Below, piece by piece: positions 24,760 through 34,743 of a stretch of 64,000 nt of DNA; positions within the stretch are counted from its first letter, which is position 1, and the number at the start of each line of letters is the position of its first letter. The notes beneath the pieces are model-generated. The model was not told the origin of the DNA. It was given only the letters and a program-made list of their open reading frames with translations, and searched no databases. Made by a program: the position numbers and the translations under genes. The stretch is from Schizochytrium sp. TIO01. Its lineage: Eukaryota; Protista; Bigyra: Labyrinthulomycetes. The DNA is taken from the NCBI GenBank assembly GCA_004764695.1, contig SMSO01000033.1, positions 2,232,001-2,296,000 of the forward strand, written 5' to 3'.

Positions 24760-27700
24760 ATGACCATGAGCGCTGACAACATGAAGCGCCGGCTACAGGT
24801 TGCCGCCGCTGTCCTGGCGACTGCCGTGGCCCTCTTTGCCAACGAGGCACAGTCTGCCGCTTCCTCGTGTGGCTCAGGCGACACTCAGATTCTGTATCAA
24901 AGCAACACCAAGTGCACCACAAGCAGCAGCGGTGTCTCAAACCTGGCAACCCCTGAGGTTACCGTAGACACATGCTGTGGCATTGAGTCCACATCAAGCT
25001 GGGCAGGACTCCTTGATGATGACAGCTCTTCTGATGACTCCATTTGCAGATACGTCGAGACCTCTAGTGCATACTGTGAGGATGGCACCGACTGCGAACT
25101 CAACTCCACCGATACAATGACCATCAGTCTTAACATGTACACCACAGCTGCCAACGAGACCTGCTGCCGCTCCTGCAAGTGCGTCGGTGATCCCGACTGC
25201 GTCTCTTTCGATGGCACCCCGGCATCCTGGGTTCTCTGCGATGGCCGCAGGAAATCTAACTGCAAACAAGGTCGCAAGCCCTGCCGTCGCCAGCGTGACC
25301 ACTTGGGCAACCGCTGCAAGTGGATCAAGAAGGATCCGCTCTATGAGGGCTGGGATGAAGATGGAAGCCCTTGCCAGGTTGACTGGGAAAAGTCCGGTCA
25401 CCCAACAATGACAATGTACCAGCGTGGCCTCTTCGCAAGCAACCTGACCCTCGGCGAGCGTGGTGTCATTGTTAACCTCACCATCTCTACAGGTGACACC
25501 GGCGCCGAGTACGTCCTCAACGCAGCTAGGTGCTTCGAGTACGACCCGCGATCCAACCCTGACACATATGCAGAGGCATGGTACTCCCCGACTGGAGATG
25601 CCATCCCCTCCACATGGAGCGTCAGCATCCCGAACGAAGTCGAGATCAAGTGGCGTGTCCTCGATAACCAGACCAACACCATCGTTGAAGTTCTTTGCAC
25701 AAACCCTCCCGACACCAACCGAACACGCCTCGATGTCAAGAAGCTGTACAGCCTCGACGATGAGACTGATGACGACGAGTACGGCTTCTGCGTTACCAAC
25801 ACGATTGACCGCGGCCTTGCCACCACCAAGTACAACTCCTACAGCGATGGTGGCCAAGCTGACTACGAATTCCAGCAAAAGTGCCTCGTCAAGACTCTCC
25901 CCACGATCCTCGCTACCTGCAAGATCATTATGGGAGCACAGTGCAACCCGTACAGCCTTGACTCTTACGTAACCGAATGGTGTGAGAACGCTGACCTGAC
26001 CTACACTGACCTTCAAGGTGACGTTGATGAGTGCATTGACATGCTTGTGACCTCCGGAACTGACAGCGTCCGCGGTGCTCGCTGGACACGCTACTTGTGC
26101 CAGCTCAACCGCGTCGACGATGTTGATGAGTGCGTAGCTCTCGTGTCCCAGTTCGGTTGGGCTTCCTTCCTTGAGACCAACTCCAACGGTCTCAACGACG
26201 ACAGCACCTCCAGCAGCTGCGCTTCCAACGTGACTCTCTACTCTAAACTTGAGGGCGATGATGCCACCTGCGCTCTCGGAATCTTTGTCGACTACCAGCT
26301 CACCAACGGCACCTGGGTCCAAGCCTTCTTCATCCCTTCTGATTTGCCTCCTTGCGATGCCGAGCTTTCCGTCGATGGCTCTCAGTACCCCGAACTATTC
26401 ATGTACCCAATTCGCTTCCGCCAATGCACGCTCTCTGCGTCTTGCCTCGAGGAGACAGGATGTGCTCCGACTGTCGGCTTTGACGTTTCTCTCAACTTCG
26501 ACTCATCTGTCTGCCCTCTTGGTGAGCGAGACACCTGCTTTAGCTCCGAGTGCTCCATGGACTCTACCACTTCCACGTCTCCCCAGACTGTTTGTGAGAC
26601 CCAGCCCTCAGATCTCTTGAGTCTCGGTAGCTGTGAGTCCTGCTGTACGTCTGATAATATCCTTGATTCCGGGGCGCTCTCCGGCAGCCTCGAATCCGAC
26701 GACAGCACTGCTCTCTGCCGTCAAGTTCTCACCACGGCGCCCTTCTGTGATGCTTCTGACTCCTCTATGACCTCAATTTGTGACTCCCTCATCACCTCAA
26801 ACGGACAAGGTGTCTTGACTGTGAACCTTACACTCAACACCACGGAAATGTCTTGCTGCAAGAACTGCGCTGCCTGGGGTGATCCGCTTGTGTCCAGTTT
26901 CGATGGAGAGATTTCCAAGTGGATCAACTGTGATGGCCGCAACTCCAACTGTGCTATCAAGGAGGATGTTTGTGAGTCTCAGCTTGACCACGCCGGTAAC
27001 GCATGTGTTTACAACTCAGCCATTGCGGATCTCATCAAGGTTGGCTCTGACATTGGTGCTTACGGATCCCCGTGTCAGTCGAATGTAACTCTCTCTGGAG
27101 AGGCAATTCTTACAATGTATGAGGGCGACGGTTTCCGCGTCAACATTACAAACGGTGAGCGCAGTGTTATTACGCACATGTCTCTTGAGACCACCTACGA
27201 TAACTACACTCTTGACGCTGCCTTGTGCTTTAACGATGATCCTTACGATGCCTGGACCACCGCCAGTGGAAACGAAATCGACTCTGCCTACCTTGGTCTC
27301 GACTTCAGCGCTACCGATAATGATGACCAGTACATTTGGGCTGTGCGCGATCTTGAAAACTCTCTCTTTATGCGTATCCGCTGCATTCGTATGACCTCAA
27401 GCGCTGGCTACACTGGTGGTTACCGCATGAACATTGAATCGCTCATCGATATTGAAACTGACCGCACCGACACTGATGGCTTCTGCGAGTCTGGTGTGAT
27501 TGACACTGGCCTTGCTACCATCAACTCCAACGGCGAGATTTGCCAGGAGAACATTGAAGACATTGTTGACTTCTGCCGCGCTGTAGCTACCCCGTCATGC
27601 ATGCTTTCCGAGATCGCTACTGAGGTTCAGAACTGGTGTGACACTGCAAACGTCTTCCAGACCAGCGAAGATCATGCTCAGGAGTGCTATGACTACATCA

Positions 27701-28233
27701 AGCCTTCCCGCAAGAAGACCACCAAGATTCTTAACGCCTGGGAGGAGATTTACTGTGATGCCGTGGCCTCCCTTCGTGACTCCAGCCAGTCCGTCGATCA
27801 GTGGCGTACTCTTTGTGTCTCTCGTCTTCAGAATGAAGGCTTTGCTAGCGTCGTTGCTGAACTTGGTGATGGCCGCCTTACCTCTTCTTCTCAGAGCCTT
27901 TACTGTGCTAGTTCCGCCAGTGAGTATTCTCTCAAGTCTGAGAGTGACGGCTGCATGCCCGGAATTAGTGTCGAGTACCTGAACTCCACCGGCGACTGGG
28001 TTGAGTCCTTCTTTGTCCCGCAAAGTCTCCCCCCCTGCGGTAACCAGCTCGTCATCGATGCTGTTGACTTTCCCGAGCTCTTCTTGAACCAGATTCGCTT
28101 CAAGCAGTGCGAGTTGGACACCACCGAGTGCCCGGTCGGCACGCACACTGACTCATACTGTGCCACCGCCCAAGGATACACTATTTCGTACATGTACTCC
28201 TACAACGCTGCCATTTGCGGTAACGATAGTTAA
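24760..28233 (+). CDS. Secreted Cys-rich protein B (1157 aa), paralog of 9666..13070, with two VWD-like units
   Basis: Signal peptide (MKRRLQVAAAVLATAVALFANEAQS). Motifs CKCVGDPDCVSFDG (aa ~143) and CAAWGDPLVSSFDG (aa ~707). Long identical blocks with protein A, e.g. GSDIGAYGSPCQSNVTLSG, LEGDDATCALGIFV, GGYRMNIE. Confidence 0.9.
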   Translation: MTMSADNMKRRLQVAAAVLATAVALFANEAQSAASSCGSGDTQILYQSNTKCTTSSSGVSNLATPEVTVDTCCGIESTSSWAGLLDDDSSSDDSICRYVETSSAYCEDGTDCELNSTDTMTISLNMYTTAANETCCRSCKCVGDPDCVSFDGTPASWVLCDGRRKSNCKQGRKPCRRQRDHLGNRCKWIKKDPLYEGWDEDGSPCQVDWEKSGHPTMTMYQRGLFASNLTLGERGVIVNLTISTGDTGAEYVLNAARCFEYDPRSNPDTYAEAWYSPTGDAIPSTWSVSIPNEVEIKWRVLDNQTNTIVEVLCTNPPDTNRTRLDVKKLYSLDDETDDDEYGFCVTNTIDRGLATTKYNSYSDGGQADYEFQQKCLVKTLPTILATCKIIMGAQCNPYSLDSYVTEWCENADLTYTDLQGDVDECIDMLVTSGTDSVRGARWTRYLCQLNRVDDVDECVALVSQFGWASFLETNSNGLNDDSTSSSCASNVTLYSKLEGDDATCALGIFVDYQLTNGTWVQAFFIPSDLPPCDAELSVDGSQYPELFMYPIRFRQCTLSASCLEETGCAPTVGFDVSLNFDSSVCPLGERDTCFSSECSMDSTTSTSPQTVCETQPSDLLSLGSCESCCTSDNILDSGALSGSLESDDSTALCRQVLTTAPFCDASDSSMTSICDSLITSNGQGVLTVNLTLNTTEMSCCKNCAAWGDPLVSSFDGEISKWINCDGRNSNCAIKEDVCESQLDHAGNACVYNSAIADLIKVGSDIGAYGSPCQSNVTLSGEAILTMYEGDGFRVNITNGERSVITHMSLETTYDNYTLDAALCFNDDPYDAWTTASGNEIDSAYLGLDFSATDNDDQYIWAVRDLENSLFMRIRCIRMTSSAGYTGGYRMNIESLIDIETDRTDTDGFCESGVIDTGLATINSNGEICQENIEDIVDFCRAVATPSCMLSEIATEVQNWCDTANVFQTSEDHAQECYDYIKPSRKKTTKILNAWEEIYCDAVASLRDSSQSVDQWRTLCVSRLQNEGFASVVAELGDGRLTSSSQSLYCASSASEYSLKSESDGCMPGISVEYLNSTGDWVESFFVPQSLPPCGNQLVIDAVDFPELFLNQIRFKQCELDTTECPVGTHTDSYCATAQGYTISYMYSYNAAICGNDS

Positions 28234-28876
28234 GAAGCTCTCGGACGGCATACTTGTGGCTTTCAAACCACAGGTTGTGAACGATCAACAACACAGCCCT
28301 TATTACAGTCTTGCATCGAAAGATAACTCTTTGTGGGACATCGCTCAATTCCAGACAAATTGAACCATTTCGCAGCGAGTCAGCGAAATTCCCCGTCAGA
28401 ACATGCCTCGCAAGTCGGTCGGCCGAACATGCTCTTTTTCTTCTAGAGAGACACAGACCATAGTAAAGACCGCATCATTAAAAGTGGATATTGCAGAATT
28501 TCCACAACTCATCAACCTGTCCACAGTAGATTAGTAAAGGAGTTGCCGCTCCTCGAAATATCGATAACTCAAAATCAAATCAAACCATATTCAATATTTT
28601 AAAAACATAGACTCCTTTTTTCGTTGCCTTCTTTGCTTGTTACTCCTCGCACTTTTTCAGTCACTTCTTGAAGAAAACCTTTGGATGGTCAGTCTCAGAT
28701 TTTGTCCTTTTACAAGTATTAACATAATTTATTCCGAATAAAATAGAACTCATATTTAGTTCAACACCAAGAATACAAGGACAAATTGTTTACGAAAGCA
28801 AATTGCAACGCAACAGGCAGAAGATTGTCTCCTGTCTATATGCATTTTATACGAGCAGACACAAAAAACAAAAGTT

Positions 28877-29766
28877 CTATCCTAAACGCTTTGCAATGTA
28901 CATATCCTGCATTCGCTGCAGTTCCAGCGCTGCAAGACGCTCTTGTTCTGTCTGTTGGGCTGTTACAATTTTTCTTTCAAGAGCAGCATGTTTGTTTCGC
29001 TCTTTGCAGAGCGTTTTTTCGAGCTGCGCAGACCGCTGCGTCTCCTCCTCGAGTTTGTCTTGGCTGTTAGATGTCCACAGGCATGTTATTAGAGTAAAAA
29101 GGCCATCAGTCAGATACATCTTATTCCCATAATACCGATTTGCTATGCTAGTAGCATACAGAACTTACAGACGTGATATGGTTGCGGCGGCGTCCACTTT
29201 GTCATGCTTCAATTGCTCGTTTTCTTGCTGCAGCAGCTTCAAAACTCCTGCAAGCTCTGCAAGCTTCGACTCTACTGCCTGTAGACATCAAGAAAGTCAA
29301 AATAACCATCATGATTGAACGGGAAATCCATTTAGACGTAAAAGCATCCCAATTGTAGTTCCGAAGGCACAGTTGCCATTTTTTGCAACGTCAAGGTCGT
29401 CCATTGCTTATGCCAAAGCAAAGTGCATGAACATATTACATATCAACGTCATTATTATATCAGTATAGAAATAAATATACACCCCCATAGAGAGCCAAGA
29501 AGAAGCGCCAAAGATAATAAGCGTGAGACAGCCTCCCAAGGGTTGCATATTCGCCGTGCAGCAGCGCGCCGATTCGAAACTTACACGGAATTAGTCACTC
29601 TGATCGTTAGTTGGTTGCTCTCCCCAAACGCTGTCTTGCCAAGATCGCCTTGACTTAAACTCACCTCAACCCTTCGCACTGACGCTAGCTGGACCTGTTC
29701 TGCACGTCTATCCCTCAACGCAAGAAGCTCTTCCAGCTGGTCTACTGCCGCTCGGTGTCGACCCAT
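28877..29766 (-). CDS. Small multi-exon coiled-coil protein of unknown function (5' structure uncertain)
   Basis: Exon 29278-29169 (AVESKLAELAGVLKLLQQENEQLKHDKVDAAATISR) joins in frame through a GTAAGT...CTAACAG intron to last exon 29063-28877 (QDKLEEETQR...AKRLG*). An upstream exon ending at 29665 has a GTGAGT donor, and a probable middle exon at ~29580-29480 encodes FRIGALLHGEYATLGRLSHAYYLWRFF. Heptad-like composition. Confidence 0.6.
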
Positions 29767-30267
29767 CGCCCCGTCGAAGCTTTGGGAGGCTTTGGGAGTT
29801 TGACGAAATAATTCATCATGATTGAAATTCACACATAAGAATCAAGAGAATAACAAGTTTCTTTTCTCTTAGTACACTTTTAGAACTACTTGTTTTGAAA
29901 AGATCAATTATCATCTCTACCAATTGATAACTGAAGCTCGAACTCCTGATTCACAACAAAGACCCTTCATCAATAGAGCATATCTTCATAATTTGACTAA
30001 CTTGCTTTTAGTTGAAGTCTGTGCAAAACCGCATGCTCTCAAACGAATCCAGCCACATACTATACATTTAGTTAGGTCCCTTATAGGTAGATCAGACTGA
30101 CTAAATGCCTTTCCCATCCAACAAACACGAAATCCAAAATAATTTAATTTTCCGGTGCGTCTCTGCTGTCTCGAAAGTCTCTCAGGTTTTGACGCTAACC
30201 AGCGCAAAACTCCCCCTTCGTAAACACTCTCCTCTCACTCGCAAGGACTTCTTCGCTTCCCGACATT

Positions 30268-30768
30268 ATGGCAGACATGGATTTCTCTTCGTGGGCTCGC
30301 AACCCCTTCACACTCGGATTCGCTAGTGCCGTGGCTGTCGCTGGCGCCTTTGCCTTGGGCGTACGCTCTGGGTCCGCTCGCAAGGCTGCCTCTAGCTCCG
30401 GACTCGCTGCAGTACGTCGCTGGCGTGACTCGCCTCGTGCCTGCGCCTCTCTGGAGCACAACGGTGTTGTGTACCTCTCCGGCCAAGTGGCAGATATTGC
30501 TACTCTCGAGACCAGTGATGCCGCGGAGCAGACCCGCCAGACGCTTCGCAAGATTGATGAGCTTCTTGCTGAGGCTGGCACTGACAAGCGTAACATTTTA
30601 AGCGCCCAGATCTGGCTTAAGGATATCTCGAGGGACTTTGAGCCTATGAACGCGGTCTGGAATGCTTGGGTGGACACTCCCAACAAAGGTGTTAGAGCTT
30701 GCGTGGAAGCTCCCATGGCCAGGCCTAGCATCCTTGTGGAAATCAAGATTATCGCGGCCATGCCCTAA
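30268..30768 (+). CDS. RidA/YjgF/YER057c/UK114 family protein (YoaB/Rid2-like) with an N-terminal hydrophobic extension
   Basis: Motifs VYLSGQVA, EQTRQTLRKIDELLAEAGTDK, IWLKDISRDFEPMNAVWNAWV, RACVEA and LVEIKIIAA are typical of the YoaB-like Rid subfamily. The catalytic Arg is present in RACV. Confidence 0.9.
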   Translation: MADMDFSSWARNPFTLGFASAVAVAGAFALGVRSGSARKAASSSGLAAVRRWRDSPRACASLEHNGVVYLSGQVADIATLETSDAAEQTRQTLRKIDELLAEAGTDKRNILSAQIWLKDISRDFEPMNAVWNAWVDTPNKGVRACVEAPMARPSILVEIKIIAAMP

Positions 30769-31716
30769 ATGCCGCTGATACAAGTATGCCAAGATCCGTA
30801 TCTTATTTCCCTTGATTTCGTTGTCTAGTATTTCATCGTTGCTTCATGCGAAGATCAGGGTTCCGTCTCTTGCTTCCAAATGAGGAAGATAATTGAAGCG
30901 GGAACGTGGCTTGATATCCCTGCGCTATTCATTGCTCGCTTGGTACTCAACAAGCCTGGGTGCTAGTGCGCGGATGCTACTTGGAGATTTGACAGAGTGG
31001 TTTCAAGATGTTGCTCATTTTACAGTTATGATGTGAAACATGACATTGATAACCAGATTTTGCCACAAAAGCAGATCTAATTCTATTTCTTTTTTTCAAG
31101 TTATTGTCCATTCGACTACCTGGTGCCAGGTTTGCTGATTAAAAGTCCATGTCATGAAGAAAATTCCAATATCGGCGCTAGTGGAGGACCCCTCATGGCT
31201 ATAACTTTGCTTGACATATTGACATAAGTTGTTCAAGAAAGAATTTCAAAGATACAATTTTGCTTACAAGAAAACCTACAACTAGAAAATGATTTCCTTA
31301 ATTCTCGTAAATTGAGCAAATCTCTCAAAAAGATAAATACAAAGTGATTCGCACCGCCCCAGTTGTTGTAACCTGCTTCACTAATATGAAGTTAAAAGAA
31401 ACGGTTCGCCCTGCAAGTATTTGTTTGTTCGGACCTATTGATGAAAGGCATCTTAGGACATTTCATGTTTCTTTTGGAGTCGTATAAGTTACGAGGTTAA
31501 ACTTGTGCACAAGATAAATTCTAGAATTTCATATTGCACATAGTAAATTAATTGGATTCTTCTCCGTTCAACTGCTTATTGTCGTACCTTACTGGTATTA
31601 TGCTTGCTAGACTCAATTCAGGAAATCTGTCATATCAATATGCACAATAGGAAAACAGGATTAGAAATCGAAATATTGAATAATAGCAAGTTATGTTCCC
31701 TATTCGTTGAATATGA

Positions 31717-33768
31717 TCAATCATCAACGTGAGGCACATCGACCTCATCGTCCAAGCTTTTTCTTCGTGGGGATTTGCTTCTCTTGGTCTTTCGTGCACC
31801 TTTGCCTTTGGATTTAGGTGAACCCGAGGTAACACCTCCGTCACTGCTTGCCTCATCAGTATTCACTGACCCACTATCTACAGCACTACCAGTACCCGTC
31901 TTTTTCTTTGGACTTGATGCCTTCGATGATGCCGGTGTTTTCTTATTACCGCCACCTGTTGGTGAGTTAGCAGGAGATTTCTTTGCTTTACTAGCATCGC
32001 CACCAGGGGACTTTTTACCAGCCTTCTTAGCTGGTGAGGGACTCTTGGCACCACCTTTGCCACCTTTTTTAGTTGAACGTCCACGACCTTTATCGCCTTT
32101 GTCTCCTTTGCCTCCTTTGCCCCCTTTGCCTCCTTTGCCTCCTTTGCCTCCTTTGCCCTTTTTACCCTTTTCAAGAGCATCAGAAGCTTCAGCGGCGGCA
32201 GCCTCGGCTGCCAAGGCCTCCTCAATCTCTCGTGCCATCTGCATAGCCTCTGCTTCTCTGAATTGGTGTGACTCCTCGTCTGCTTTACGCATTTCTGCTA
32301 ACTCTCTTCCACAGTATGCCTCGTTGAGCCTAGCTAATGTGTCTTGGAGCTCAACTTCAAGCTCTTCAGTCCGTTTTATTGCTACATTTGCAGCTTGGGC
32401 ATTAGCCAACCCACGCATATCAGTCTCAATGAAACACTCTACTGTTGCAGACGAGAATTCTTCTGCACCTCTCTTGTATGCCTCAAACTCTTTACGTAAT
32501 GTGGCAATCTCTGCGTTGTGGTTATCCAGATTCATCTCTGCCTCACGTAGACGTTCAGTGCGCTCGTGAAGAAGCTCTGTGCGGTCCGTAAGAGTGCTTT
32601 CAAGATCCTCAATACGACCAAGGAGTTCACCCTCACGAAGCAGGTGATCCTGTATAAGCTTTCGCATTCGTTTTTGTAGGTTCTCAATATCGTTTTCACG
32701 CTGAGTGATCTCAACTTGAATACGAATACTCTCTAAAAGCCGTTGCTGATACATAATGTCTGCAAGACCCCGAAAGTATGAAGCTGATGTTTCGTATTTT
32801 TTCAGATCACGCATTTCGGCACGCACATTATTTGCTTCAGATACCGCATGTTTCGCACTTTCATTCACAGAATCTCGCTCCCCTAACAAGTCTTGCAACA
32901 TCTCCAGCAGATCATTGCGAAATGTTTCCTCAAGGTCGCGCACAACGTGGATCTGGGCCAAAAAATTTGTCACTGACTGGAAATCTGGACGTACTCTAAC
33001 ACCCTTCTCCAAACGTTTTAGTTCAGTCTCTACATATTCTAACTTATCCAAAAATGTGGTGACTTTCATATCCTTATCTGACGTTGGGTTGTTACGTTTC
33101 CAGACAGAATTCTTCATAAACACTGGCTTTGGAACACCGTCAAAGTTTTTGGACTCAATTACTGCAATGGTGTGCCGCTTCCAATGTTGAAGCACAGCTC
33201 CACGAATATTTTCTCTACACTTCATCAAATTTTTACCAGCAGCCCGAAGGTACTCGATCACGATACCATCCCAGACACTCTGTAGTATTTTACGCGCACA
33301 GGCATCCTCATTTTCAGGCTCCAAAAGACTCAAAATTGCTAGTAAGTTATTTCGACGGCTACTGAGCTGTTTAATCCCAACCTCTAGGCAGAGTGTTCGA
33401 AGCTCTTCCGTGTTGTGAAGCTCTAAGAGCTCTTCAAGACCTCTGCGAATATCCTCCGCGAGCTTCTCGCGGTTTTTGGCATTCTCGTGCTCTATTTCAA
33501 GCTGCTCAGGAGATAACTTTCGGACTGTCTCAGGGACACCCTGTGCAGCCTCTAATTGAGAAGAGAACGACGCCGAGGATTCTACATCTTGCTCTCCTCG
33601 GGACCCCGGTCGAATCCTCTTTCCCGCCTTGCGACTTCGCTGGGTTCTATGAGATGGGGAATGACGCCCATGAGGACTTAACGACGACCGAGATGATGGA
33701 GACCCTGACGAGGACGTATGCGACAGTCGCGGGTGGCCGCCCAGAGCTAATTTCCGCGCATTCAGCAT
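31717..33768 (-). CDS. 683-aa probable nuclear protein: SAP-like motif, long coiled coil, (GKG)n repeat and K/S/P-rich H1-like tail
   Basis: ATG ORF. LELHNTEELRTLCLEVGIKQLSSRRNNLLAIL resembles a SAP helix-loop-helix. E/K/R heptads run through aa ~240-520, and the C-tail has many SP/TP-K motifs. Confidence 0.8.
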   Translation of the reverse strand: MLNARKLALGGHPRLSHTSSSGSPSSRSSLSPHGRHSPSHRTQRSRKAGKRIRPGSRGEQDVESSASFSSQLEAAQGVPETVRKLSPEQLEIEHENAKNREKLAEDIRRGLEELLELHNTEELRTLCLEVGIKQLSSRRNNLLAILSLLEPENEDACARKILQSVWDGIVIEYLRAAGKNLMKCRENIRGAVLQHWKRHTIAVIESKNFDGVPKPVFMKNSVWKRNNPTSDKDMKVTTFLDKLEYVETELKRLEKGVRVRPDFQSVTNFLAQIHVVRDLEETFRNDLLEMLQDLLGERDSVNESAKHAVSEANNVRAEMRDLKKYETSASYFRGLADIMYQQRLLESIRIQVEITQRENDIENLQKRMRKLIQDHLLREGELLGRIEDLESTLTDRTELLHERTERLREAEMNLDNHNAEIATLRKEFEAYKRGAEEFSSATVECFIETDMRGLANAQAANVAIKRTEELEVELQDTLARLNEAYCGRELAEMRKADEESHQFREAEAMQMAREIEEALAAEAAAAEASDALEKGKKGKGGKGGKGGKGGKGGKGDKGDKGRGRSTKKGGKGGAKSPSPAKKAGKKSPGGDASKAKKSPANSPTGGGNKKTPASSKASSPKKKTGTGSAVDSGSVNTDEASSDGGVTSGSPKSKGKGARKTKRSKSPRRKSLDDEVDVPHVDD
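32087..32170 (-). repeat. Coding 9-bp tandem repeat (CCTTTGCCT)n encoding GKGGKGGKGGKGGKGGKGDKGDKG
   Basis: Visible tandem repeat inside the 31717..33768 ORF. Confidence 0.9.
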
Positions 33769-34743
33769 TCTTCAACACGAGGAAGGTTCTATTGCTCGCA
33801 TTCATGGCGTGAGCTTACTCAAGCCCAACAAGGGAAAACAGGAGGTGTCCGTTAAGTATCACATACAGAAGTCTTCTAAGACTATTTAATGACGCTAGAA
33901 CTATATATTTCTAAAATTTCAAACATTCTAGTTTGTCTAAAAATACTGAAGAGGACTTCCACGAGTAAATTTCGGCGATGGATCGGGAGTAAGAAAATGC
34001 GACTATGCTGATTAGAACACACCAAAAAATCCTAACTTCTATAACTCTTTACTTTTACTTTTTTTTTATTAAACCAACTACAGATTTACTACGGAAGACA
34101 ATAAATTTGGTGTCAACCATAGTAGTGACAACTATATGCATAAGAATTCACATTGAGAGCTCTGCTCTTTTCATCAAAATATTAAAACGTAGGAAATGAG
34201 GTCTATCCTCCTTTGCTAGCTGATCGAGATGAGAATAGTAAGACAAAAATTTGTGAGTCCTTATAAAATAAAATATTGTGAAGTCCATAAGGGTCAGTCA
34301 GAATTGAGCATCAATATATCTCTATGTTGCCTCTAAATAGTACTGCAGCATGTACAAAAATTCGAAGATTTACATCATTTGCATTGAACAAGTCTTCTTT
34401 GGATGTTATACACGGACAGGTCTACCTTGAACCAAGCTTGCAAGTCAAACGATCCGAATGCGTGTGCTGCGCTCGGTATGATGTCCTTTTATAACGTAGT
34501 ATTTCTTGTATATGAGTTTCTTGTTTTCTATATGTTTTGTTACTTGGTTTAGCTTCCTTCAATTCCTTGTAGTGTCTTTCGAAAGGCACAGCAGAAGCAA
34601 AATTACTTGGTATCTTCATAAGCTTTTTCTTGAGTACTTGAATATATACGAATGTATGGAAGTTTCTATGTTTGGGGCAAATGGAGGTTGTTGATATGCC
34701 CGAGCAAATAAATTTGACGCGGCTAGCGCCCAGTGCAATTACC

